This document shows, one piece after another, positions 51,021-62,375 of a DNA stretch of 64,000 nucleotides; within the stretch, counting starts at the first letter, position 1, and the number at the start of each line of letters is the position of its first letter. Both the position numbers and the translations under genes were made by a program. Under the pieces are notes generated by a model. It was not told the DNA's origin, ran no database searches, and saw nothing but the letters and a program-made list of their open reading frames with translations. Origin of the DNA: Raillietiella orientalis. Its lineage: Eukaryota. The stretch lies in the NCBI GenBank assembly GCA_036172245.1, contig JAYWIR010000027.1, forward strand, positions 2,480,001 to 2,544,000. Direction: 5' to 3'.

Positions 51021-51703
51021 CCCTCCCCCTCAAGTGGCAGGAAACGGCGCTGTTGTTGTTGCACTGGGGTCTTCCCTGCAACGCGCGCCGCCACCACTGG
51101 ACGTTGGGGGACGTGGGACAGAACTGTGCAGTGTGCGGGGAGAAGGAATCCCTCCCCCATCTGTTAGTGGACTGCGCTGCCCTCCGGCCCTTGTGGGAAC
51201 GTTATGCTACGACCCTCCCTATGCCGGTCGGCAGTACCCCCAGAGACGTTGTGAGACTCCTCTTCGTGCGAGACGCCCTGCCACCAGCCTCAACCCTGGC
51301 AGCGCTCTGCTGCCTCCGAGGGATTGTGGCCGCGTGGAGCGCAGCCAACAGAGGAAGCAGCGACAGGGACCCCATCGTACACGCGGGTCGCTAGCTGCGA
51401 ATCGCGATCGGCTGGTCCCATCTGGGAGCTATGCAGAGGGACCTCGAGGGCATCCTGGAAAGGATGGTCTCTTCCTCCAGAGGACAGTGATCCCTTCCCG
51501 GCCCCCCAAATAGTTTCTTTTTGTTATTTCATTTATTTTTCTTTTTGTTTTACTTCCTATCCCCTCCGCTGCCGAGGAGAGTCAAGCCGGTCTGCGAACC
51601 GGCTTCCTGGCAGGTCCCAGGAACTATTGGCCGTAGCGGGGCCTAGTACCGCAGATGTACTGTGTTTTCTTTTAATAAACGCCCCGGCGTGACCGGGTGA
51701 AAA
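51021..51703 (+). mobile_element. L1/Tx1-like LINE 3' copy R (best preserved)
   Basis: Open LPLKWQETALLLLHWGLPCNARR...CAVCGEKESLPHLLVDC (zf-RVT CCHC); aataaacgccccggcgtgaccgggtgaaaa. Confidence 0.88.
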
Positions 51704-52653
51704 CTCCCAAGTGCGCTAGTTGATGTGACGCGTGCTTGGCACTTTTTGCAGTGCTCAGCATGCTTCCAGAGAAGTTCCCACGAGACGCAAAGACTCCTCC
51801 CAGATCCTGCCGTTTCTCTTCGACCTGATGTCACAACTGCTTTTCTCTTTTATCCACTCTCTGGTGTTTACGCTGTGTGCGTCCGGCAGTGCGCCAACCA
51901 GAGATCGATCCAACATTTAGATTTGCTTGTCGGATGGTTTGGTGCTCCCTCGAATGCCGAGGTCTCCCGCGGTGAAACGGTCACAGTACAAGACGTGATA
52001 GAAGGCCACGATATCGTCGTACGAAGTGCTTAGCGGAACCACTGCCAAGAGCAGTACGGTAGCGTAATGCTTTAAAAGCTTCGCTGCCCTGGATACGAAA
52101 TCTTCTTTTCCCTGTTCTAAAGGTGAATTAAGGAAGGAGTGGTTCGTGCCGCAAGCATTTGCTCTTGCGGCCTTTTTTCGCGTGTTGCATCATCCGGCGC
52201 TTGTATCACTGAGATTTCCAACGAGATACCGCTACCTGCAGCTATTTCTGGAAAAGTCGATGTACCAGGACACGTGCCGAGTTCCAGAAAACAGAGACCG
52301 TTCCTTCCTTTGTCGGGATCATACAGAACATCACTTCTTCTGATCGATCCGTAGCCCAGCACCTCATGTACTGTTTCAGCCACGTCTAGTACTACACACA
52401 TTCTGGGATTTGAGCTGGACGTAGACGATCGGTAATGCCATCGGTATGCCTTTGTGATTTAAGGTCGTGAAACCTTAATTTCGGCTCAGCCCAATGGCAC
52501 AGTTGCGGCTCCAGAAACCACGAGGGCCACTGATTTTCTCTCCGGGGGTGTACCTGTCAGTCGATACTTCGCTTCCATAACGCCAATCTTCATCGGCTGG
52601 GAGGCAGCGATCCTTCACTGAGAAGGCGCCTAACCTCGTTCAGTAGAATGTGG

Positions 52654-53245
52654 ATGCCCCTTGCGAGAGATGCAGCAAGAAGGAGACCTCCCAGCACCTT
52701 CTGCTGGGCTGTACCGCCTTCCGACCACTTTGAGATCGGCCCTAATAATCCCGGTGGGCGGTCCCGGGGACATTTTCTGGCGCCTCTTCGTGCGTGCCGC
52801 GCTGCCACCAGACGCGTCCCTAGCGGCTCTCTGCCGCATCCGCGGAATCGTGGAAGACTGGAACGCGACAAGAAGAGGCCAGAATGGCAAAGACGCCATC
52901 CACTGCGCGCGGATCTTTTTGAAGACCGCCTGCAAATGGCCTCACCTGGGCAACACAAGAACCCCACTTGTCAGCATCCTGGAGAGGATGCAGGAGACGC
53001 CTCCCGGCGTATAGTGATCCCTTTCCCGTCCTCCCCTCTCTGGGAAACATCCCCCTTCCTTTATTTTCTCTTTTTTGTTTTTTGCGGTTTTCCTCTCTCT
53101 TTGCCTCCGGAGCGGACCTCACCGGTCTCCGTGCCGGTGACCGGTAAGTCGGACGGACGCGGTGAAGCAGCAGTTTCACCACATGACAAATTTACTGTAC
53201 TTTTATTGTTTTTATAATAAAAGTATAGTAAATCTGGGTGAAAAA
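52654..53245 (+). mobile_element. L1/Tx1-like LINE 3' copy S (inverted near-identical twin of part of K)
   Basis: 568 bp match to the reverse complement of 46127-46694. Confidence 0.85.
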
Positions 53246-53760
53246 CCTTCATAGCGCAACGTGCCGACTAATTCCATCGTTAAAAAAGTTGCATACGTTT
53301 TTCACATCAGATGTAAAGACAGCGGATATCGTGAGGAACGTGCACGGTGGATTTTTGATGGGGAGGATTTTTGATGCTGCTAAGGAGAGATGTTTGTCGT
53401 TCAAAGAGCCACGTTTAGGCAAGCCATCCGGGCGGAGTTATCATTACTCTGAGTAAGGTGGGAGGAGGAACGGTACCTGATAACCAGAGATCAGTTTTAT
53501 CCGCTCTTTACATGAATGCTGCACCAAGGAGACTGCGGTGGAGGAAAACTGGCAAAGGGCAGTCCTTTCTTCGCTACCCGATACCATGGCTGGAATAGAG
53601 GGGAAGAAATCCAGGCATTTCATGTGCAGCAGCAGAACACTTTTCCTTTGATGGCGTTAAAAAGAAAAAAAAAAACAGCCTACATAGAATTACGGATGAA
53701 GCAGAATTCATCGAACACCAAGTGCAGCAAAGCGATAAAAGAGGCATGCAGTGGACGCAC

Positions 53761-54010
53761 TTGGCGAAGGTTTGCACGTCGGATCCCTTTCTGAAGTTTG
53801 TTTGCACAGCTCGAAAGAGGTCGTAGGTGACGGCGGCGTCCTTCAACGGAATGCGTTCACCGGCATGGACGCAATCTCGGTGCGCACTCCGCAGTGGCTC
53901 AGGCATGCTTTCCAGAGCACCCGCAAAGATCTCCTGGGAATCGTTGTTCCTGGAAGCGTTCGTAATGTGGATTCGAAACCACCCCTGTCGTGCGAGTATG
54001 TCACCGGCAA
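53761..54010 (-). CDS. Candidate internal coding exon of an unidentified gene (AGDILARQGWFRIHITN...QTFAK)
   Basis: ttttttgctgattccccag acceptor, aa|gtgcgt donor, 250 nt open frame with C/G-ending codons; no family recognised. Confidence 0.35.
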
Positions 54011-56435
54011 CTGGGGAATCAGCAAAAAAGATAACGTCAACGAAGTCTGGTTACTAGGAGGATCTCGGGAGTTCACCTCCCCTGGTCAGCATCCTCCATC
54101 TTTTTTCGAGACGTAGCGATACTTCCTGGCTGGGATTCGGCAGCGGTTCCTGATTCCCATCTCCCTCTGCAATACCCCTTTCGGGATATCGATCCCCGGC
54201 GGCAACGCGCATGTGGTGCGCTCAGTGCATGAGGTGCGCACTGCAACGCCTTCAGGGCATCGTTTCCTGATTCCGTAGGTTCCAAGTGAAATCCCTATTG
54301 CCGAGCCGTAGGGGAGGTGCGAAGCAGGTTCCCGACTCGCAACAGGGGGAAGGTGACAGCAAAATCACGGGAGCAGGCTTTTGCATATCGGTCTCGGGAG
54401 AGTCATGAACTTCCTTCCACGGATTCGCGCGCTGACCACTCATTCCTAATGGGGAAGGGGCCAAGTCACGAACGCCTCCTGCCTCTCAATAAAATAGGAT
54501 GCTTGGGGACAAGAAGCGACAGCTGCCCACCGGCGGGGCAGAAGTTCCCTGCCAGCTCCGTTGAGGGAGCGACCGAACTCCCAGACGACTGGCTGGAAGG
54601 TGAGCGAACTGGAGGGCACGCGTTTCGTTCCCTGGCGAAGGAAGGTCCCACCGGTCGAGCGGGCTGTCGAGTGCTCCCAACTCACCTTCTTCCCCGCGAA
54701 ACGCTCGCTGTCCAGCCCCTGAGCGCCAACACCTCAGCGCCCCCCTCGAGCTAAGAGTCACACAGTTTCTTTCCTCTCTGGGTTTTCCAGGGCGACTAGA
54801 GCAGGCACCTCGTCTCCGGGAGAGTGGCCTTGCTTTTCCAGGTGCGGGGCGGAAAGCGCGCCTCCTAAAGGACTGCGGCGGAAACGTAGCGTCTAACGCC
54901 GTCGCCTTCGGTGCTGCTCCGCACCGGGGACGTTGCCCGTGACCTGCCGCGGCGATTCTTCGCAGGTGGCGGTCACTGAAACTCAGTACCTATTTTTACT
55001 CACGGTGAAGTAACCCGGACCTGCAGAATGGCGTCGCGACGACGCGTTGCGTCCTCCGCGCCGTCGTCGCAGCTCGCCGCGACGATGGCGTGCGCTGGGG
55101 TCTTGGGCGCGCAGAGGGCCGAAGGGAGGCGCACGCATGGGGACGGCTACGGGGTGGCCTCGCAGGGAAGGAGAGGTCGGGTCGGAGGCCGCTACCGAGC
55201 CGGAAGGAGGAACTCGAACCAAAGACTCCCCGCCCTCCCTTCCTTCCTTTATCGATGGATTGACCCCTTTTTCCTCGGACGGACCCAAAAAGCGACCTTC
55301 CTAAGGGCAGACACTGCAAAAGACCTGCTGCTGCGGTTCCTCAGGCACAGCGCACTCTCGCGGGCGACGGTGCGTTGCGCCTTCTTCGCCGTCGTCGCCG
55401 ATCGCCATTTGCTGGAGGGTAGGGCGCGGCAGCGAAGGGAGGCGACACGCACACGGCGGTCGCCTCGATGAAGGAGGCCGTGGGGTGGCCTCTCAGGTAA
55501 GGAGAGGTCGTGTCGGAAGCCGCCTCCGGCAGCATCTGGCATCGCCTCTGAGCAGGAAGAAGCGACTCAAACCAAAGACCTCCGTCGTTATTCCCTCTTT
55601 CTTTCTGCCTTTATCTCTTGATTGATACCTTCCTTTCTGCTTCGGACGGCCCCAGTAGACGACCTACCTGTGGGCGAACCCTCCCACGGACTTCGTCTCG
55701 TTGTTTCGGGAGCGCTCCGCCGAATTGTTCTTTATTTCTATGAGATAAACGACCCGGGTCACAGGATGGAAAACTGACTGCAAGGGGGGAACCTCCAGCA
55801 TCCGTCCCTTTTGTCCCTTTTGCTTCCTAGGCAAAGATCCCGTTCCTTCCCTCCGAGAAACGGGGACTTCTTCGTACCCGGTCGCGCCGGGACGTTTACG
55901 TCCAGAAATAAACATTCGAAGACCTTGTCCGGGAAGGGAAGGAATCGGAGTCCAGTGCTGCAGGTCAGCCCATCCACAGAGAGAGGTCAAGGAGGAACAG
56001 GAGTCTCCGTGGAAGAAGAGGAAAGGGAAAGTATTAGAGGATATACTTTCGCACCACGTGCTGGGACTCTGCAGGCGCCCACTGCAGGAAGCCCCCTGTC
56101 CACTGCCTCCTTCGCTGGAGGCCGGCCTCCCGCCACCGTCTCCCTGAGCGACGAGAGGGCTCTCAGCTGGCGATCCCATTTCCGGTAGGTAGGCAACGGC
56201 CTCTCCATGGTGAAGCATCGAGTAGCCCGACCAGTCGAGCTCCTCCATCTGCTCTTCCTCCGTCTCCTCGAACGCCATTCTGCAGGTCCGGGTGGCTGCA
56301 CCGTGAGTAAAAAATAGGTACTGAGCTTCAGCTCCCCCCCATCGTGCCCGCGGTTGGTTCCACGCCGTGGCAAAGTCCTCACGCACCCTCGTGGCACGTG
56401 ATTTGCATCCCCCCACTGGCATTTCCTTTGTCTTT

Positions 56436-56450
56436 TGTTGTTGTTGTCGC

Positions 56451-56481
<31 letters not shown>

Positions 56482-56482
56482 T
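56436..56482. repeat. (TTG/CTG)n microsatellite
   Basis: Directly visible. Confidence 0.85.
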
Positions 56483-57859
56483 GGCAGGAGCAGGAAAATT
56501 AACGCATCAAATCTACTTTCCAGGTAGGGAATACCTGGAGAATAATACATTTGGCACGTTAATTTTTTGTTTACTCCCTCCCTGGACAAAGATGGGACGC
56601 TGAATCAGGCCGCTCGGGAGATAAGATGCAATCCCCACTATCAGCGACACGTCACAGATTATTACCGATAACTATCTTCTACACTTCACTTCCCTTGCAT
56701 ACCCACTTCGTGATGGTACCCACCAATTCCGGATAGTGGAAAGGAAAGAAAGAACAGAGGGAACTGCACACACCTTTTGACGGACGCCTGCGAGTTTTTG
56801 CAGATTAGGAAGGGAGTGTTGAAGCGATGCGATGGCGTCCACAGAAACCACTGAGAGCCAGAAGAGGACAGTCTCCAGGTAAATCCCTCTTCATGTTTTT
56901 CGCCCAGTGCAGCTCGGATTTCACCGTGTTCCTTCTTGCGCATTCTTCGACTATGGCGTATCAATTCCAAGGATTCTAAATCCTTGGCAGCCACCCGAAT
57001 CCCGACGACCGACCACTTTCCGAAGAGACGAAAGAAGAAGAAGATGCACTTTTCTTGCACGTTTCGCTCACATCATTCCAGAAACTTCTCACCCTTCTTC
57101 TTCTTCTTGCCTGTCTTCGCGGGTCCATCCGTCCACTCACCGCAAGCAAACTTCGCGCACTCGGTGGTGGGTGGTGCACTGCCCGCTCACGAACCACCAC
57201 GTCCACCACACGACTGGTTCCGGACATTTGAGAACCACCATCAGCGAAAATCACGTCACGCCTCCGTGGACAATGGAGATTGTGATCTACTCCCTGGTTA
57301 CGGAAGTCCTCGCTGGATCCCGTACCGGCAGGTTTCCCTGTGGCAGTTTCGTGCAACTCTCCTTGGAGTCTTGGTTGTTCACGGGGGAGGGTGCGCTCGC
57401 GCCTGAAAGCCGCAGCAGTTCCAAAGCGTCCCTCCCGCCCCCGTCCTCACGGGTGAGGTCAGGCCTTTCTATCCGTCCTAGCTGAGATCGACCAGGCCGA
57501 AAGAAAGCCGACAGCCGCTCAACCTCATCTCGCAACCGCGCCCCTAGCCAGACGGCGCTGCGCTACAACGCGAAGAGAGAGCGCCGTCGCGATGGTGACG
57601 TGTAAGCAGGGTCAAAAAAATTCAGTTTTGCCCTTCTGCTTGCTTTTCCCCAACGCATCGCGTGCGAAGCGAGCGATCGGGCCGAAGCGCGCACCAATGC
57701 CCAGGCCCTTTGAGGTCGTCGGGTGAAAGCAAGCGGATGACGCGAAGACGGGAGTTCCCGAGACTCCTTTCTTTTCGCTCCTTCCTTTTCCTACCTTTAG
57801 AATCCCATCCGCAAATTCCATTCCGTGAATCTTTCAGAGAGTCGATCATCCCTCCGCAG

Positions 57860-57950
57860 AACGAAGGTGCCGGCTATCTGAGGGTCAAAAAGCACGGCCA
57901 GCACGTCACGCTTGTCAAAGGCATCGCTCTGGTAGGCCTGAACGATATCG
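57860..57950 (+). CDS. Exon of Gfo/Idh/MocA-family oxidoreductase-like gene (Rossmann beta1, NEGAGYLRVKKHGQHVTLVKGIALVGLNDIG); upstream exons not identified
   Basis: cctccgcag acceptor and g|gtaagg donor; 91 nt ending in phase 1, which fits the next exon; GIALVGLNDIG occupies the GIALxGxGRxG position. Confidence 0.7.
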
Positions 57951-60606
57951 GTAAGGAACCATTTTCTGGCTCGCCGGGTCGGATTCGTGCGCCCCGACAG
58001 TCGTCCCCATGGAAACGCGGGGAATTCAACCGGATGCGAAAGAGGATGCCGTTTGGGAAAAAAAAGAGTTCGCTAAGCCTCATCGTCCGCTCCGGCTTTA
58101 CGTACGAAATGCGATCCCCTCCGGGTGGAGGATGCTGGATGGAGAGGAAGAGACAAAAATCCCTCCGACCCGACAGACACGAAGGAGCAATTTAGTCGTG
58201 CTTTTTCGTTTCTTATGATCAGCTGCTTTGCTTCTGCGATAGCCGGAAGCATGTTCTCCTTCCGCGAAACACCCCACCGGGCTGGAAGCGAATTCCCGTG
58301 ATTCCAGGAACCTTTCCCCTTCGAGTGTTCCTGGTTGCTCGATGCATCGACCCACGAAACGGAATGCCAGATCGTTCGATCGCTTCCCAGAGCAGCAACG
58401 CGACTCCTGCGACCGCGAAAACGAGTCGGGACGCAGTAACCATGACGAAGGTCACGAGGGAGAGAGTTGCACTAGTCACCCTGATGACTAATGCGAAGCC
58501 GTCACCCGGATGAACTTGCCGCTGCAAGGACACAGGAAACACACGGCGTGTTCGGGTCTTAATCTTCAGTGGGAATTGACAGGTGGGCACACCGCGCCGT
58601 GCCTGCCAAACGACTTCCCTTCCCAGTCGCTAAAAGCCACTTCTTATCCATAACTAATCCACGGCTGCCCACAATCATTTTTCATGGTGTCGAGGACCAC
58701 CCATCTCTTGCGTTCAAGCAAGCCTCCCGTTTCTCCTGCCTTTCACAGCCAACACTTCCGAGACTCCGACGCTGGCATCCGGTGTTTTCACCCTTGCTTG
58801 AGCACCAACAGGCCTCAAACGATCCACTGACACAGCAGCACTCCTGAAATCCCCGTCCCCACTTCGCGACGTACCCTTGAAAGAGGAAGACTGAGGGCGG
58901 GCGCGTGTTTTCCCCCTTTGGAGATCCCTGCTTCGACGATTGGCCGCACACCCTCAACGCGATTTCAGAGCTTCTTCCCGCGCCGCATCCACAGAGAGCG
59001 CCACTAGGTGCGGGAAACGAGAACTTCTGAACGTTCGGGAGCTATCCGATAGCTAGCGACGCCGTCGGTCCATCTCGAAAGGGCCTTCTCTCCGTTTCGT
59101 TTTCTCATGGCGGGAGGGGAATAGTGAGGGGAGGGGGGTGCTCGCTTGGTGACGAAGAGATGGCGGTAAACAGCTGAAGCGGGAGCACCGCGCCGATTGG
59201 GCGTCGTCGTACAAGAGCCAGAGGACCAGCTGAGGATGAAGCAAGAGTGCCGCGCTCATGCGCCGTCCGTCCCAGCAGGCAGTGTCTTCTATGCCCCCCT
59301 TCCGCGCGCGCTGTGTCGCGATGTTCCGCAAGGGGAGGATGTTGAGAGCTGACATGTCAGAAGACTTCCGGTCATTCCGAAGGGCTGGTCTTTGGAGCGG
59401 GCCTCGGGGCACCCGTTCAACCCAGTCGTCGCGTCAGGCTTTTCCAGTCGGCCCTTTGCTGACCTCTCCTGCAGGAGAGGGTCAGCCGCATCCCTCGCAA
59501 CCGCGGTGCCACAGGGACGCCGTTCAGCGTGCTTCTTTGCGCTCTCGCCCGCTCCCGATCAGCGAAGGAGGGGGGAGCATTGCTCCTCGCCCCCATGGTT
59601 TCTCGTGGCTCCTCCAGTCCCACCTCTCTCGTGAGCGTGAGACCATCCCAGTCGGAAGTCCTTCGAGGAGGGGCCCGCGAAATGGCGGAAGTGCCCTGCA
59701 TCGGTTCAGTGCCAACGAGCGGTCTCTTTCTGGGCGAGGGGGCTATTTGGTCGGTAGATCGTAGGGGAGGATGGGAAATCGATTCGGGGTGGGCTGTCTT
59801 TCATGGCTTCGAGGAGGGGGGGGAAGACTGTGGGTCCGACGGCCTTGCGAACGGATTCCCCACTGAGGAGCATCCGATCTGGGCAGCGCAGTCGGTCGCT
59901 GTTGGAAACGGTTGCACCCCACCGAGTGGGGCGCAGCCTCCCCACGCTGGACGGGACCATCCTGGCGTCTCCATGGGCACAAGAGAACGGGGCACCATCG
60001 GAGCGGCAGAGGGCGCTTAACGTGTCCAGCGGCAGAGTATCCATGGAAACGAGCGTGGCGGTCGTGCGAGCGCCCGGACCTGGGGGAGCTCAGCGGGCAT
60101 CCTGCGGACGCTTCCGGCGACTTTCCCAGGGGATCACGCACCCCCGTTGGATTTCCTGAGCAGGTCTTCCCTCTCGTCGGGTCGGGAGTCGCCGAGGCCG
60201 GGGTTCCAGCAAGGAAAGGCCCGTTCGTTGCCTGGGAACGGATAACGGGGCCCGAGGGAGAGACCGCTCCGGACGCTGGGGCTCGGCGCGGCGGTGGCGC
60301 TGTCTCGGAGAAAGGCCGGGACGAAGTCAAAGGGCACAGAGGGAGAAGGGACTGCTTGGTGGAGCGAAGGCAATAGTCGAAGGCCCCTCCTCGGAGTGAA
60401 CCACTTGACTGTATGCAGCATCCCGGGGCTTTTGGGATTCTGGAGGTGACCGCGCATGCGCGCGGGCGCATCAGACCGCCTGCCGCCCGAGGTCATCGCC
60501 CTCCGACGAGGGAGATGCCGGTCGCCGCCTTGACTCCAACGGCGGACCCGGGGAACGTGGGACGCTCCTCCTCCCATCCTCTCCGGTGAACCTGACCTTT
60601 CCGCAG

Positions 60607-60769
60607 GCATGTTTTTCGTGGATCTGCTCGCCGGCAGCCAGAGGGCGTCCCTCGTGTACGTGGTCGACAACGACGACCAAAGACTCAGCTCGGTGAAGAA
60701 GCGCCACGGCTGCAGCGCCACGCACTTCGTCCACGAGGACCAGCTGGAGCGCGTGTACCGGGACCTCAG
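60607..60769 (+). CDS. Exon of Gfo/Idh/MocA-like gene (MFFVDLLAGSQRASLVYVVDND...QLERVYRDL)
   Basis: tttccgcag acceptor, ag|gtgagg donor, 163 nt open in phase 1 to phase 2, high GC3; LVYVVD is Rossmann beta2. Confidence 0.8.
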
Positions 60770-62137
60770 GTGAGGGGGTGGAGGGTTCGCGGGCGGCGCC
60801 GTGCCTCCCCCGCCAGCCGCCGGGGAGCTCGCCCGGGGAACCTAGAGGCGGCCGCCGTGGGCTGGCGACGGCCTCGCGCGAACCCGGGACTACCGGCGCT
60901 CGATGGAAGGAACGTCCCCTTTTTGGGCGAAGTCATACAAAAGCCCTTCCGGTACCTTCGCCGGGGACCCCTCGACGCCTGCGCCTCAGCGCCACTCCAG
61001 GGCATACGAGACACCGGGAGGACCCTCTCGAATAGGAGGGAAAGGGGGGGGCATCGGACGAGCACGGGCAAGGTCAAAGGAGGCCGGGCAGGGAAGAAAT
61101 GGGACGAGGGCTCCTCCCCCTTCATCCTCCCACAGCCGTAGGAACAGAAGGTGTCTGAGGAAGGCAAGGAGGAGCCAGTGCTGCTGCCCTGCGGCGGACG
61201 GGCGAAGCGTCTAGTGCCGCCCGGCGCGAAGCGGACGCGCCGCTGCCCTGCCGTACCCTCCGGTTGTGTCTCTGGGGGTGGGGGGTCTCGAGTGAGCATC
61301 TGAGGTGGGGGTGTACCCCGGACCGAGCGAGATCGCCCCCGGATGACGTCAGATAGCCAAAGGCCCTCGGGTCCACTGCGGAGGTCTGCAGAAGTCGGGA
61401 CGGAAGGATAAATGAAAAAAAGAAAAAAAGTTGGACATTTCCGAGACGATGCGAAGCTCAGCCCGTGACTTCTACCCTCCGCGCGCTGGCCAAGGTGGCG
61501 CCACCAGCCCCGCTCCCTGCAGTGGGCGAACAACGGTGGACGGTCAGCCCCGTGGTGCCACCGCTGCTCCACCGCACCCTCAGCCGAAAGACCTCCCCAG
61601 GAGACTTCTAGGGGGTGCAGTCCCGGTGGTGGCGGCTGAACAGAGATGGGACTCCGTCCCCGGGGACGTCAGAGGCCTCCGCGTTCGCCGAGAAGCGCCG
61701 CCGCTTTCGAAAGTAAGTTCGGGTTGTGGAGGGGTCACTGAGGTCGTCACGCAGGTCGGGCATCGACCACGTCCAGAGCCGGAGGAAGGCGAAGGGGAGC
61801 AGGCGACGTCCTACCCTCCCCCTTCCTCTTCCCCCGCGCGAAATCGCTGCCACGCTGGCGAGTCTCCGTCCCGCACGCGCAGCCCGGAACTCCCAGCACA
61901 GCGGAAGCGCCGACACCACCGGCCGCGAAGGGTGGCTAGAGGACTGACGGACGGGAAGGGGGAGCGTAGACGGTCACGCGGTCACCGAGCCTTCTGGCGA
62001 TGAAGGGCGAAGGCACAGTGCACAGCCAGAGGGCGCAGCTCCTTCAGTGCTCCGGCGCCAACTCCCGGTGCGTTTCCCCGAGCTCATGCCCCGGGGGCGC
62101 GCTCCCGAGAAGAGTCGCCGCATACCGACCCTTCCAG

Positions 62138-62317
62138 CGTGGACGCCCTCATCGTCACGGTGCCCCTCCCCCGGAGGAAGGGCATTGTGCTGGCCGCCCT
62201 GAACGGGGATAAGAGCGTCCTCTACGAGCCCCTGCTGGCCCCCAACAGCAGCGACACGAAGAAGTGCTTCGAGCGGGCCATCCTGGTCAACCAGGTACTG
62301 ATGCCCCTGTACCCCAG
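62138..62317 (+). CDS. Exon of Gfo/Idh/MocA-like gene (VDALIVTVP...AALNGDKSVLYEPL...PLYP)
   Basis: cttccag acceptor, ag|gtacga donor, 180 nt phase 2 to 2; matches VDAVIxxTP..H....AL..GK.V.CEKP pattern. Confidence 0.85.
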
Positions 62318-62375
62318 GTACGAGTCGGGGGGCGGGAACGCGCGTGTGCGTCCACGGGGCGCGCCCTCCTTTCAG

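Noticed and set aside
51569..51660. LINE 3' module as an HDV-like ribozyme
   Set aside because: The second pseudoknot strand comes before, not after, the P4-like hairpin, and no J4/2 catalytic C is evident
41536..53245. Recurring hairpin termini separated by unique DNA, superficially like a CRISPR or attC cassette array
   Set aside because: Spacing is irregular, orientation is mixed, each hairpin is attached to LINE sequence, and the context is eukaryotic with no cas or integrase gene
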